Source: Histomonas meleagridis 2922-C6/04-290x
Taxonomy: Eukaryota > Protista > Parabasalia
NCBI GenBank assembly: GCA_020184695.1
Contig: JAANOX010000136.1
Span: 1-64,000 of the forward strand
Length of the DNA: 64,000 nt
Direction of reading: 5' to 3'
Shown piece by piece: positions 9,470 through 20,566 of this stretch (position 1 is the first letter of the stretch; each line of letters opens with the position of its first letter). The notes beneath the pieces were generated by a model, which had not been told where the DNA came from, made no database searches, and saw only the letters and a list, made by a program, of their open reading frames with translations. A program made the translations under genes and the position numbers.

Positions 9470-11851
9470 TTACTTTGTTCTTCTTGGAGAAGCGAGTTTC
9501 ATTCCTGAAAACATGTCTGCGACAGGAGGCTTTGGCTGTGGTTGTTCTTGTTGCACTGGCTTTGGTTGCATCGGTTGTGGCTGAGGTCTTGATTGAACAG
9601 GTTTTGGTTGGGCTTGTTGCAGTGGCCTTTGTTGCATTTGCTGTGATGGCCTTTGTTGCGTTTGTTGAGGAGGTTTTGGTTGCATTGGTTTTGATTGTGA
9701 TAGTATTGGTCTTGTTTGTACCGGTTTTGGTGCTGATTGTTGAGGTGGCGCTATTATTGAGCTGCTTGGTGTGACGGGATTAGTATGAACTGGCGCATGA
9801 CTTAAATTAATGTTTCCACTTGCATTAATGTGATTAGTAGTAGTCGGGATATTTGGCTTATTATGAATTGGAGTTGTTGCGTTATATGTATTTTGTTGAT
9901 TTCGATTCATTTTAATAGGTACTCTTTGTTGATTTGGAATATTTGTTTGTTGAGGTTGTTGAATAGGCATTTGGTTCAATGGCTTTACTTGAGTTGGTAA
10001 AGTAGATGTTTGTCTTGGCTTGCTAAAGAATAGCTTAGCTTTAGCATTTTCATGTTGATCTTGAATTTTGTTTTCGCTTGTTAACGTACTCCTAACGTTC
10101 GTGTCTCTGTAAAGTGATTTTGCATAGTTTACATCGATTTTGGCCGGTATTAACGGTTCCTTGATGGGCTTTTGGGGCTTGTAATCGATGTCAGGCCTCC
10201 ATACTGCAGCCTTTGCTTCGAGGTTCCTATCAATTATTAAGTCATTTACAGCCTTTTCGATTATTTCCATTATTGATTCTTGGGTTTCCACGTTAACGTT
10301 TATATTTGATAATATATCAGATAACATTGGAACAGTATATTTCATAGTAATTTTTGATGAAGTTTTTAATTTCTTTGCAATTTTAGTGATATTATCAGCA
10401 ACTTCAGCATCATGGACTCTATTATAACACATAGTTAATTGAGGAATTACCAAAAAGGCAAATTTGTTATTGTTAACATGATCACAACAAGCAGAAAAAC
10501 ATTCGATGATTGAACATAAGAACTTTGAATTTGATGAATTTGTTGTGAAGTCAATCAGAATAGGTATCAATGTATTTAATATAATACCTTGGTCGAGAAT
10601 CCTTACGATTTTCGCGATATGTTTTACAGCTTCATTTCGTAATGATACGTTATCATTTTTAATCGAATCGATAAACACAGGTAAAACAAGCGACGCGTCG
10701 TTAGTCTTCTCGAGTATTATATCCATGCAATTTAAGTTAATAATTCCAAGTTCAAGTGGAAATGTTAACTTTAATATGTTCTTAAGTGGATTCACTATAA
10801 CATTAATAAAGTCTTTGTCGTCCATACTTTGGCCTATTTTAAATATGTTCGGTATAACTGCAGTAGCAAAATTTGGTTCACTCAATACATCATTTATCAT
10901 TAAAGGTAAAAACTTAAGACGCTGAATACGTAACGAAAATAACCCAATCGAATGAAAGAGACCTTTGTAGAAGTCATATTTCTCTTTGTTACTTTTGACA
11001 ACAAACAAATCAACATAACGTAACGCGCGAATGGTTATTTGGGTAAAGGCTGGCGATTTAATTATGTCTTCAAGAGTCGGACGTCGATTTTGATTAAGGT
11101 TTAAACATTTCGATACTAAATCTTTCATCTCGGAACTCATATTTTCAGGATATGTGACCTTGTCAACAGAAAAATCTGCAACTAATTCTTCAACACTTCG
11201 CTGTGTAATGAATGGAGAACCTTTGTATAACGTGGCAATGAAACATCCAATTGAATAGACATCAGCAGAATATGATAAAAGTTGGTTCATAAGATACTCT
11301 GGAGGAGTATAAGTGATTGGGAGTTGGCTAACAAGGTCAAATTGCTGTGGAATAACTGGAAGTTCAGTAAATGGAATTGAGAAATTGAAATTGAATATTT
11401 TCACTTCTAATGTTTTCGATATACAAACTGCCTCAGGGCTGAGGCCAAGATAGAGAAGTTTGGCTTGTGTATGGAGGAAATGAATGACTTTAATTATTTG
11501 ATCTGATACATATAAAATTTCATCTTCGGTGAGCTCCTTGTCATTGATAAGAATGTTATCAATGGGTTCTGATGAAAAACCAAAGTTATTTAAATCTTCA
11601 CTTATATCATAAATTTTAAGAACATTAGGATGATGAATCTTTCTGGCTTGTGCTATCGCCTGCACAAAAAGCATTTTGAATTTTTCTCGATCCTTTCTAT
11701 TTTTGATTGTATCATCAATACTTTGTTGTTTCAATAACCATAAATAGACTTGTGTATTATCATCCTTTTTAAGTGCAGTATGGACTTTCCAAAATTTTGT
11801 TTCGAATTTAAGTTGGATTTCATCAAAGTTCGTAGATATCCCACCACCCAT
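9470..11851 (-). CDS. SCY1-like pseudokinase with HEAT repeats and Q/P-rich tail
   Basis: MGG start, kinase fold lacking catalytic motifs (YLGLSPEAV, FNFNFS), helical middle region, low-complexity C-terminus. Confidence 0.85.
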   Translation of the reverse strand: MGGGISTNFDEIQLKFETKFWKVHTALKKDDNTQVYLWLLKQQSIDDTIKNRKDREKFKMLFVQAIAQARKIHHPNVLKIYDISEDLNNFGFSSEPIDNILINDKELTEDEILYVSDQIIKVIHFLHTQAKLLYLGLSPEAVCISKTLEVKIFNFNFSIPFTELPVIPQQFDLVSQLPITYTPPEYLMNQLLSYSADVYSIGCFIATLYKGSPFITQRSVEELVADFSVDKVTYPENMSSEMKDLVSKCLNLNQNRRPTLEDIIKSPAFTQITIRALRYVDLFVVKSNKEKYDFYKGLFHSIGLFSLRIQRLKFLPLMINDVLSEPNFATAVIPNIFKIGQSMDDKDFINVIVNPLKNILKLTFPLELGIINLNCMDIILEKTNDASLVLPVFIDSIKNDNVSLRNEAVKHIAKIVRILDQGIILNTLIPILIDFTTNSSNSKFLCSIIECFSACCDHVNNNKFAFLVIPQLTMCYNRVHDAEVADNITKIAKKLKTSSKITMKYTVPMLSDILSNINVNVETQESIMEIIEKAVNDLIIDRNLEAKAAVWRPDIDYKPQKPIKEPLIPAKIDVNYAKSLYRDTNVRSTLTSENKIQDQHENAKAKLFFSKPRQTSTLPTQVKPLNQMPIQQPQQTNIPNQQRVPIKMNRNQQNTYNATTPIHNKPNIPTTTNHINASGNINLSHAPVHTNPVTPSSSIIAPPQQSAPKPVQTRPILSQSKPMQPKPPQQTQQRPSQQMQQRPLQQAQPKPVQSRPQPQPMQPKPVQQEQPQPKPPVADMFSGMKLASPRRTK

Positions 11852-12273
11852 TGTAGAAACGAACTCAGTGAATTTTTAAATAGATGACGATTTGTATCGT
11901 TCATACAAATATTTCGGTTATTCAGCCAATAAATTTAGCCTGGAGCACAATTTCAACTCGGTATGATTTTTTAATTTGTAATAAGATTTGTAGGTTTTCT
12001 TGAAGCATTTAATCCATTTCTAGCAGTGCGTTTTATTTCGGTGTATAAATTTATAAGATAACTATAATTTTTATTTGGTTACTCTTATCAAATGAATAAA
12101 AGAACATCTTTTCTGCAAAAACAAGGTGCACACTTTGAAGCTTAGAGTCAAATAATGACAAAAATTTCTAAGTAAATAGATCGATTTTTCATGTAACATG
12201 GATTTTTTTCGAAGAAGAAAACGTTATAAAAATGCATTAAAATACGTTTATTTTATTTAACATTTAAACCGAC

Positions 12274-12580
12274 CTATACATCTTCTGTTTCTTCTTTCTT
12301 TTCATTGAATTTCATACATAAAACCATACATGCCAAAGCCACAACAACAACAATGATTACAATTAATGCAATTGCCCAACCTTGCAAGCCGCCAGTTGAT
12401 TAACCATCTTCGATTAATAAACTCATTGGTTCTATTAATTGACGATTTTCTGTTGTATAAGTTGTAGTCACACGAACACCATTACTAAAAACTGTTTGTT
12501 GTACCTTTAAATCATCAGTTAAATAAATATAATCATTTGATGGTATGTAATCATTTTTGAAACCACCTCAGCAATGCGCT
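12274..12580 (-). pseudogene. C-terminal fragment of a single-pass membrane protein, with in-frame stops
   Basis: Reverse-strand reading GGFKNDYIP...TVFSNGVRVTTTY...EDG*STGGLQGWAIALIVIIVVVVALACMVLCMKFNEKKEETEDV*. Confidence 0.5.
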
Positions 12581-12773
12581 ATAAATCTTTAAGTTTCTCT
12601 TTCAATATCATTATGTAATTTATATTGACATCTTGATAATGTACAATTTTTTCACATTTCCTAAAAGATATTAAACTCTCTCTAAAAACAAAGCGAAAGC
12701 AGAGTGAGAAGCACTGATTAGTTTCATTTGTCATACATAACGGTTATTATTAAAGACTTTTATTCAATCCATT

Positions 12774-15700
12774 TCACTTTGATTGCTTCACAGCCTGTTT
12801 TGTGTTTTGATTACTATTATTATTTTTCCTTAACATCAAAGAGTATATTGTTCTAATATAATTATACGACGCGACCGTCTCCAGCATTGCGTAATCGGCG
12901 TAGAACGAATTCTTCACGAAGTTATCCAACACTATGTACATTGTCAAGAATGGGTAATTCACTTTCTTGTTCTTTTGGTGGAACACGTTACCCGCCTTGA
13001 TACCGATTTGCATGTTCTCCAACATTTGGTTATATATTCTAATGTACGGCACTGATTTTGTCATATTCGTAGCGCATCCGACAATTGCGTCCATTGTCAA
13101 TGCGATCAAATGTGAGTTATCACTTAATGAATCTTCGTTTGGTATATAACTCACTTTACTCCAATAAGCAGTTGAGAACAATGCGCCGAAATACATTGCG
13201 AAACAAATTTCGGAGAAACTTTTAACTATTGAATGTCGAGCAATCCGTGATTGTAATACTATATCTTTATCAGGATTAATATCTTTTGCCATAAATGCAT
13301 ATTTAGGATAGACTACAGGATCCAAATTTATAGCTTCGCGAATTAATTTACGGAATTGTAAGATACAGCCAATATGATTAAAGTAACCTATGACTGTTTC
13401 TGCATGTGTTAAAGCTGATGGATTATTTACAAATGTTGCTTTGCTTGGTTCACTAGGGATTTCATAAGAGATAATTAAATTAAGTTTATCCATGAATTCT
13501 TTTGTGGCTTCACTTGCAACTATGTCTAAATAGACCATTCCATTAATACCAATCACTGAATATAATGAACGTAATGCTGATAATGTAGCAACGTTATCAT
13601 TACTAATGAAACATTGTCGTGTTGATGAATATACAAGTTTATGTATCTTTTCTCGTAAGAATTCTTTATAATATTGGACATATGACTGAGTTAAGAATCC
13701 TATTTGATCATCATCATGTTTAATATCAACGACTTTTTCATTAATTACTAATTCAACATATGTTAAATCAGAGATATTCTTTTGTATGATTTCTTGTGGA
13801 TTAATATTGGCTGACATTAATATTAAGTTTAAGATATATTTAGATGATTGTATTGATTCAACTAATTTGTCTGGATGAATAACTTTAAATTTATCAAATA
13901 AAAATGGTATTAATGTCTTTGATTTCTCTATGAATATTTCATTTAAGTTATACGTGTTATCAAATATTGTGATTTTCCCAATTTCATTAATTAATTTCAT
14001 GGAATTACATAAAAGTCCAATGTATTTAGCGGCTGGCTCTAATAAGTCACGATTTTCTAACATTGATTCAATACTAATTAATGTAGAAAGTACTTTACTT
14101 TCATTTTGTTGTTGTGTTTTATAATTTGGTTTGTTTTGTTTCTCTAACATTTGCGTGACTTTTTCAACAGTCGAAATCTTTTCTTGTAATCGTAACTCTT
14201 TTAGAATTCCATTATGGAAACTTTCAGACCATATTGTAATCGATTTCCATATTAACTTTAATATTTCTTCGACAAACTTTTGGATAATATTTGGGAATTC
14301 ATTCCATTCAGAATATGTATTAATATCAATGGAATAATAATGTGCAAATGCTAAGAAACATGAAATTGCATATGAATCTTCACTTTGGAAGTTATGCGCA
14401 TATTCTATAAACACTTGATTATATGACCAATATGTATGTAATGGTATTGATCGTAATATTGTATCTGTTGGTGAGATGAATAAGTTAACATGGAAATATA
14501 ACAAAGAAATTAAATCAAATAATGGTGATAAATGTAATATACCATTTGTAACACTATATTTGTTGAAGGATGACATTAACCTTTCAATGTTCATTCGTAA
14601 CCCTTCTAAATCATATTGTTTACCTTTGTCAAATTCTTGTATATCTAATGTCCGTAAGGATGTAATGAATAAACTTAACATATTATAATTCTCTTGTGGA
14701 ATATGAAATGTACGCATTAAGTTTTCTAAATAATAGGAATCATATTCACGTAAATTAAAGAAGATAAACCGTTTGATTAAATCTTGATGTTTGAACCCAA
14801 AAGTGGCAAGACGATAGACAGATACAAAAAGTGCTAAAAATGAATTGTTGTATTGTTTCGGTTTGTAATATTTGAAAAAGCTCAAACTCGTCGAAATCTC
14901 AAAGTTAGCATAACCTAAAAGTGATAGAATGACAGCAATCTTAAGGGAATAAATGTTGGGATCAGAACTAACAGCATTATATGCTTCATCTAATGCCATG
15001 GCTAATCGATTACGTCGGAAATCTCGGACTTTTCGATTCTTATCAAAAAGATTAATGTTGAAAAGATTCGAAAAATCAAGTTCTTGACTGAGTTTTACAC
15101 TCTTTTTGACACTTTCAAATATGGTCTTAAGTTCAATACAATAATCTCCATGAAGTACAAAAAGAAACTTTTGATGGGCAATAAGCTTGAATACTTCTAA
15201 TATTTGTGTGTCAGTGGTTAAAAATTCAATTTCAACAATGGAAAATGAAAGGAACCAATCAATAATATTTGATAGATCCATCATAAGAATATATTCCATT
15301 TTGAAGAAGTTAGAGCCTGGCTGTGAGTTTTTGGGGTTGTCTGATATATTAAGAAGACTCCAATCAAATGATGTACTTGGGCCTAATATTCTTTCAAGAA
15401 CAGCTGAAACTGATTTGAACATTGTGAAAATATGTGGGTTAAGCATTTTGAGATCTGATATAAGGGCTAATGGAGTTGATCTGTTAAAAAAAAGGAAATA
15501 AAATTTGTCGAGTTCTTCAAACGGATGCCCTGTTTTCTTTTGATAACAATAACTGTATATCGATATAGCTTTTTCATACTTTTGTATGCTATTTAAGAAA
15601 AGAAATGTTTTGACATAATAAGTATAGAGTTTCATTATGTTTTGAATATGAACATAATTCCAAGAAAATCCGAAAGACTTAGATGATTCTGCAGCTTGTT

Positions 15701-15989
15701 GAAGTAATTTTAGTGAGCCTTGTTGGAAAAACATATAATGCCTGAGAACATTGACAACATATCTAAGTTTTTCACCAAAAAACTGAATTCTTTCTTCCGA
15801 GAGATGACGGAATTTTTGGCTAGTCATTGACATTTTATTCTTTAAACATTTGTAAAGATCATTTGCATCTTTGCGTTCAAGTTCTTCTGCAAGTTCTTCG
15901 GAAAGAATCTTGTGAACGACATAAAAGGCCGCTAGGATACGTTCTCCATGTTTGTTAAGGATATCAACATAGGCTATTTCGAAACTCAT
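12774..15989 (-). CDS. Nap1/NCKAP1 (Hem) WAVE-complex subunit-like protein
   Basis: 1071-aa helical protein. The N-terminus (ILNKHGERILAAFY) and overall size resemble the NCKAP1 family. Recognised from memory, not searched. Confidence 0.7.
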   Translation of the reverse strand: MSFEIAYVDILNKHGERILAAFYVVHKILSEELAEELERKDANDLYKCLKNKMSMTSQKFRHLSEERIQFFGEKLRYVVNVLRHYMFFQQGSLKLLQQAAESSKSFGFSWNYVHIQNIMKLYTYYVKTFLFLNSIQKYEKAISIYSYCYQKKTGHPFEELDKFYFLFFNRSTPLALISDLKMLNPHIFTMFKSVSAVLERILGPSTSFDWSLLNISDNPKNSQPGSNFFKMEYILMMDLSNIIDWFLSFSIVEIEFLTTDTQILEVFKLIAHQKFLFVLHGDYCIELKTIFESVKKSVKLSQELDFSNLFNINLFDKNRKVRDFRRNRLAMALDEAYNAVSSDPNIYSLKIAVILSLLGYANFEISTSLSFFKYYKPKQYNNSFLALFVSVYRLATFGFKHQDLIKRFIFFNLREYDSYYLENLMRTFHIPQENYNMLSLFITSLRTLDIQEFDKGKQYDLEGLRMNIERLMSSFNKYSVTNGILHLSPLFDLISLLYFHVNLFISPTDTILRSIPLHTYWSYNQVFIEYAHNFQSEDSYAISCFLAFAHYYSIDINTYSEWNEFPNIIQKFVEEILKLIWKSITIWSESFHNGILKELRLQEKISTVEKVTQMLEKQNKPNYKTQQQNESKVLSTLISIESMLENRDLLEPAAKYIGLLCNSMKLINEIGKITIFDNTYNLNEIFIEKSKTLIPFLFDKFKVIHPDKLVESIQSSKYILNLILMSANINPQEIIQKNISDLTYVELVINEKVVDIKHDDDQIGFLTQSYVQYYKEFLREKIHKLVYSSTRQCFISNDNVATLSALRSLYSVIGINGMVYLDIVASEATKEFMDKLNLIISYEIPSEPSKATFVNNPSALTHAETVIGYFNHIGCILQFRKLIREAINLDPVVYPKYAFMAKDINPDKDIVLQSRIARHSIVKSFSEICFAMYFGALFSTAYWSKVSYIPNEDSLSDNSHLIALTMDAIVGCATNMTKSVPYIRIYNQMLENMQIGIKAGNVFHQKNKKVNYPFLTMYIVLDNFVKNSFYADYAMLETVASYNYIRTIYSLMLRKNNNSNQNTKQAVKQSK

Positions 15990-16506
15990 CTTCTCGGACC
16001 TAAATTGTTATGTCAAAAAGCAGAATAATTGACAAGTTTACACACTGATCCCTTGGAAAGCGGTAATTTTCAATGAAGGTTTGATTTTTCTTTGCTTATT
16101 TGGTTCTGATGTATTTTGGATTTGAAGGGGCCCAAAGGCACTTTCAAAAACTTGCGGTGATAAAAAAGGTTAGGTATCAAAAGTCTTAACGTTCTATCAG
16201 TGAACATTTAAATGGTTTATTAAGAATTTTAATACTTTATTTGAATGACTTTTTCACATTATTTTGATTATCGTAAAACAGAATTATTCTATCGTTTCCA
16301 CAAAGCCACTTTGGTCTTTTTGTGATTGTTTTGATCGGATTTTTTTTGCAATTTTAACGTGCGAAATCCTCTTTTTCTTTAAATTTCAATCGTCAAACCG
16401 GGAATAATTGTGCTCAATTTGATCGTTTTGACTAAAATCTGGAATTTGGTCAAATGGAAGTTTATTCTTTCATGTAGATTAACCAATAAACCATATCATT
16501 GTTAAA

Positions 16507-17055
16507 ATGGGTTTATTTTTCAGCGATGTATATAAGAAATGGTTCAAGAACAAAGATATGAGAATACTTATGTTAGGACTTGATGCAGCAGGAAAAACAA
16601 CAATTTTATATAAACTTAAACTTGGTGAACATGTAACAACTATTCCAACAATTGGTTTTAATGTTGAAACAATTGAATATAAGAGACTTAGTATGAACAT
16701 ATGGGATGTTGGAGGTCAAGACAGAATTCGTGCACTTTGGAGACATTACTATCATAATACAAAGGGATTAATTTTTGTTGTAGATTCTAATGATATTGGA
16801 CGTATTGATGAAGCACGTGATGAACTTCATAAGCTTTTAGAAGAGGATGAATTACGTGATGCAATTTTGCTTGTATATGCAAATAAGCAAGATCTTCCAA
16901 ATGCAATTAAACCAAGTGAATTGTCAAATAAATTACGACTTAATACTATCACCAATAGGCCATGGCAAGTACAAGGAACATGTGCAACAACAGGCGATGG
17001 ATTATATGAAGGTTTGGATTGGCTCGGCGAACAAGCCAACAAAAAACGTAAGTAA
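16507..17055 (+). CDS. arf: ADP-ribosylation factor (ARF1-like GTPase)
   Basis: MG start, [19 protein letters not shown] and TCAT motifs. Confidence 0.96.
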   Translation: MGLFFSDVYKKWFKNKDMRILMLGLDAAGKTTILYKLKLGEHVTTIPTIGFNVETIEYKRLSMNIWDVGGQDRIRALWRHYYHNTKGLIFVVDSNDIGRIDEARDELHKLLEEDELRDAILLVYANKQDLPNAIKPSELSNKLRLNTITNRPWQVQGTCATTGDGLYEGLDWLGEQANKKRK

Positions 17056-17320
17056 ATTTTAAATATTTAATTTTTTTATTCATATTATTATGGAATTAGT
17101 GGTAAAAAGTTCTATCATAATCAATAACGTTATTATATCTTACCAGTATATAGCCAAACGAAATGTAAAATTAAATTATCAAGTTTGATTTTTTGGTGCA
17201 GTGCAAATTTTAACAAAAATAAATTCCAAAATCCCATGGCATTTTACAATTTTTCTAGAATGAATATAGTGATAATAATAATTTTGAAATTTTGTGGAAT
17301 TTGTACGTTTATAATTTTTT

Positions 17321-18592
17321 ATGCTTTTCCAAGCGCCTTTCACATGCGATTGTTGGACAAAAGAATTTTATTCGTTATCTGAAGATGGTAAAACTTTGGC
17401 AGCTGTTATTAATGGCTTTAAAGTTGAAATACATGATGCTTCAACTGGAAATTCAATAATTACATTAAGGTGCATTGACAAAATTGATAAAGTATTGTGG
17501 TCACCAAATGGAAGGCACTTAGCTGTAGCAATGTATGAAAGAAATACTGTTCATATTTTTACTCCATCACAATCTTCCCAACCATATATGAGAATTGACG
17601 GAGGTGAATTAGGAATAGAAAATATAATGTGGTCGCCAAACAATAGGTATTTATTAGTTTTTGGAAAAGATGGGGTTCGAATCGATGTTTGGGAATTAAG
17701 AAAATCTATGAATCAATTGATTTGTCTTTTAAATGTAAAAGATTCACGAAAAGGTGTTTCTTTTTCACCGGACAAAAACTTTTTTGCATATTTAACAAGA
17801 ATAGAAGGAAGTGATTGTATATCTATATTTTCATCAGAAGATTGGAGACCAATTGACACAATAAAAATCAATACCCTTGATGCATGTGAGATTCAGTGGT
17901 CACCAAATAGTCAATATATTGCTATTTCTGATTGCCAAATAGAACATCGAGCAATAATCGTCAACCTTGAAACACAAAATTGTTCTGAATTCCAAGCCTA
18001 TAAAGAAGGTGTTGGTATTTCTTGTATGCGTTGGTGTTTTAATTCATGCTTACTTGCAATTGGTTCAGGTAATGATTCGATTTACATTTTATATGCACCA
18101 GATTGGAAACTTTTAGCAGAATTTAATCACATTAATATCACACGAAAAGAAATTGCAGATCACTACATTGAAAACACTCCAGGTGAAATGATTAAATCTG
18201 ATTTTCCAATCGAGGTTCGAAATTATGAAAATTCGGGAATAACAAAAATTGAATGGTCAAATAGCGGTAAATACGTTGCTTCAACATCTGCAGCAATACC
18301 GCAAACTGTTTTCATCTGGGATATTGAATCTCTTTCTCTAATACATGTGTTTTCATTTCTTACAGAAGTCACCGATATGAAATGGTCACCAACAGATGAC
18401 AATCTTGCTTTGGGATATGGGACAGATATGATGTTGAATTGGAAGCCAAATGGATTCAATGTTTCTCATTCACAAGAAGCTGCAATTCGAATACATTTTA
18501 TCGAATGGAAACCAGATGGTGAGCTATTAATCGTTTTTGATTGTATAGCTGGTACTTGTACATTTGCTCATGTTCTTCATGATAATGAATAA
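17321..18592 (+). CDS. WD40 protein, WRAP73/WDR8-like
   Basis: Repeated WSP motifs. Segments CIDKIDKVLWSP, DCISIFSSEDW and AYKEGVGISCMRW parallel WRAP73. Confidence 0.75.
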   Translation: MLFQAPFTCDCWTKEFYSLSEDGKTLAAVINGFKVEIHDASTGNSIITLRCIDKIDKVLWSPNGRHLAVAMYERNTVHIFTPSQSSQPYMRIDGGELGIENIMWSPNNRYLLVFGKDGVRIDVWELRKSMNQLICLLNVKDSRKGVSFSPDKNFFAYLTRIEGSDCISIFSSEDWRPIDTIKINTLDACEIQWSPNSQYIAISDCQIEHRAIIVNLETQNCSEFQAYKEGVGISCMRWCFNSCLLAIGSGNDSIYILYAPDWKLLAEFNHINITRKEIADHYIENTPGEMIKSDFPIEVRNYENSGITKIEWSNSGKYVASTSAAIPQTVFIWDIESLSLIHVFSFLTEVTDMKWSPTDDNLALGYGTDMMLNWKPNGFNVSHSQEAAIRIHFIEWKPDGELLIVFDCIAGTCTFAHVLHDNE

Positions 18593-18788
18593 ATTGTTTA
18601 AAAAATTAGTAATCAAAAAAAATCAATATTTTAATTTGTTGGTTTATTTCCTAAAAATTGTGCAACTATTAACCCTTAATCATCATAAGAAAAATTAATA
18701 TTAATCTTTGCTTTATTTGTAACGTTTATCCAAAAGTGCTAAAAATCTACATCGTACATATAAAGTATAGAATCCAAGACACAAACAA

Positions 18789-20339
18789 ATGAGCAAATTT
18801 CTCTCCATCATTGCTAACAAAATTGCTAACGTAATAGCACCAACTTACGAAACACTAGAAGAAGAGATAAATGGAGTTTGGCAAACTATTTGTAACAGTA
18901 CACTTGATCAATCTCCAGATGCACTTCACATAATTCATGAACTAATTGCCAAACTTATTAATTTGCTAAAAGAGATACAAGCAGAAGAAAAGGATAAACT
19001 ATCAGAAATTTTAGAATCACATCAAATTCCTTTATTACTTTATAATTTCTCCAAAGCAAACATTCCAAATGGGTTTTTTGACGAAGCACTTATTTTTTTT
19101 ATTGAATTTACTGTTCCACCATTATCTTCATTTTTGGATCAACCTTATTTTATTCAACCTTTAAATTCTATGTTAGAACAAAGCATATCTTCTGAATCTG
19201 AAAATTCAAAGAAGTTGTTTGAATCCATTTTATCTTATATAATTCATTCACCTGGAAAAATTGATTTATTTATTTTATCACCAACTAATTCTCCATTTTT
19301 CTCTCTACTTTCAAAAAAGATGTTCGAGTCTTACACAGAACTTGGGCAGTTTATTTTCCAACTTCTTGTTACAACCAAAAATAATCAAAATCTTCATCAA
19401 TTTATTCTTAATTGCTCGCCTTTCATTTCCAACTGCATAAGCTTTATAGTTGAATGTATTAATACCAAAACTCTCGATCCACAAAAACAAAAATTTTTAT
19501 CATATATTGATATTTCTCTTCAATGTGCTCCACCAGATTATGCTGCTACTCTTTGTTCTCTTTTCCATGAGCAGATTATTCAGCCATTTATTGTTGAATC
19601 ATCTTCAAATTCTTCTCTTTCCAATTCCATTTATATTCTTTCGGCTTTTTCAAGCAAAGAAATAATATTACCAATAATAAACATCATTGGATCCAATATT
19701 GAACAACATATTAATCCATCTGATGAAACAAGTGTTTTTCTTTCAGCAAGATTAACCGCTTTATTACTTGAATTTGTTCATCCAAAAGTGACAGAAAATT
19801 CACAGCTGTCAAAAATTTTTGTTGATTTCATATCACTTGTCCCTTCCGAGTGGTTTGTTGAACCTGAGCTCGACAAAGCACTTCAGAGTGCTCGTTCTAG
19901 GGTTAACATGTCATATTTCAGAGAGAAAACCACAATGTTCTCTACTGAAATTGATTTGAGTGGAATATTATCGAAATTATTAAATCAATTTGAGAATTTC
20001 ATGGATAATTCAGTAAAAGTTAATTTATCCCTTTGTGAGCTGTTCTCACTTATAGCATCATTGCCAGGACCAAATACTTCGTTCTTTTCATTCTCTGAAG
20101 ATTGTGAAAATGGACTTGTGAAAGCAATAAAATTTGTTTGTACTTCCGCTCAAAGAAGAGTTGGAAAGAGAGAAAATACGATGGAGCAGATAAAAGAGGC
20201 TTATAAAGATATTGATAATGAAAATGGAGGAGATCTGTTCAGAAATGTTGTAGTGCTGCTTGAATTCCTAACGGAACTGACAGCAATTGCAAAATCTAAA
20301 AGCGTGTTCAATCAACGCGACTTTCTTTTTGTATCATAA
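18789..20339 (+). CDS. FHIP/FAM160 (RAI16-like) helical protein
   Basis: C-terminal NLSLCELFSLIASLP and NVVVLLEFLTELTAI resemble FAM160 family motifs. Confidence 0.55.
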   Translation: MSKFLSIIANKIANVIAPTYETLEEEINGVWQTICNSTLDQSPDALHIIHELIAKLINLLKEIQAEEKDKLSEILESHQIPLLLYNFSKANIPNGFFDEALIFFIEFTVPPLSSFLDQPYFIQPLNSMLEQSISSESENSKKLFESILSYIIHSPGKIDLFILSPTNSPFFSLLSKKMFESYTELGQFIFQLLVTTKNNQNLHQFILNCSPFISNCISFIVECINTKTLDPQKQKFLSYIDISLQCAPPDYAATLCSLFHEQIIQPFIVESSSNSSLSNSIYILSAFSSKEIILPIINIIGSNIEQHINPSDETSVFLSARLTALLLEFVHPKVTENSQLSKIFVDFISLVPSEWFVEPELDKALQSARSRVNMSYFREKTTMFSTEIDLSGILSKLLNQFENFMDNSVKVNLSLCELFSLIASLPGPNTSFFSFSEDCENGLVKAIKFVCTSAQRRVGKRENTMEQIKEAYKDIDNENGGDLFRNVVVLLEFLTELTAIAKSKSVFNQRDFLFVS

Positions 20340-20566
20340 ACTTTCATTCTTGTCTTAATTGTTCTATTTTGTGCTACTCATCAAACACTCTCATATGCAA
20401 TCATTCTATTTTTTATTTTAAAGCTTTTTTCAAACAATATGAAAGGATGAAATAAAAGCTTTTATTTATATGAGTAAATTTTTGGAGATTTTTGTTAATA
20501 TTCCAGAATAGACAATGAAATAGAACAACAACAAAAAGTTTCACAATTAAACATCATTTTACATAA

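Noticed and set aside
9415-9774. Hydrophobic 119-aa ORF
   Set aside because: It is the antisense shadow of the Q/P-rich SCY1 tail.
12274-12580. Stop-codon reassignment suggested by in-frame stops in several remnants
   Set aside because: Conserved genes (PGK, ARF, thioredoxin, ABCF) are uninterrupted and end normally in TAA/TGA/TAG. The stops are confined to decayed fragments.
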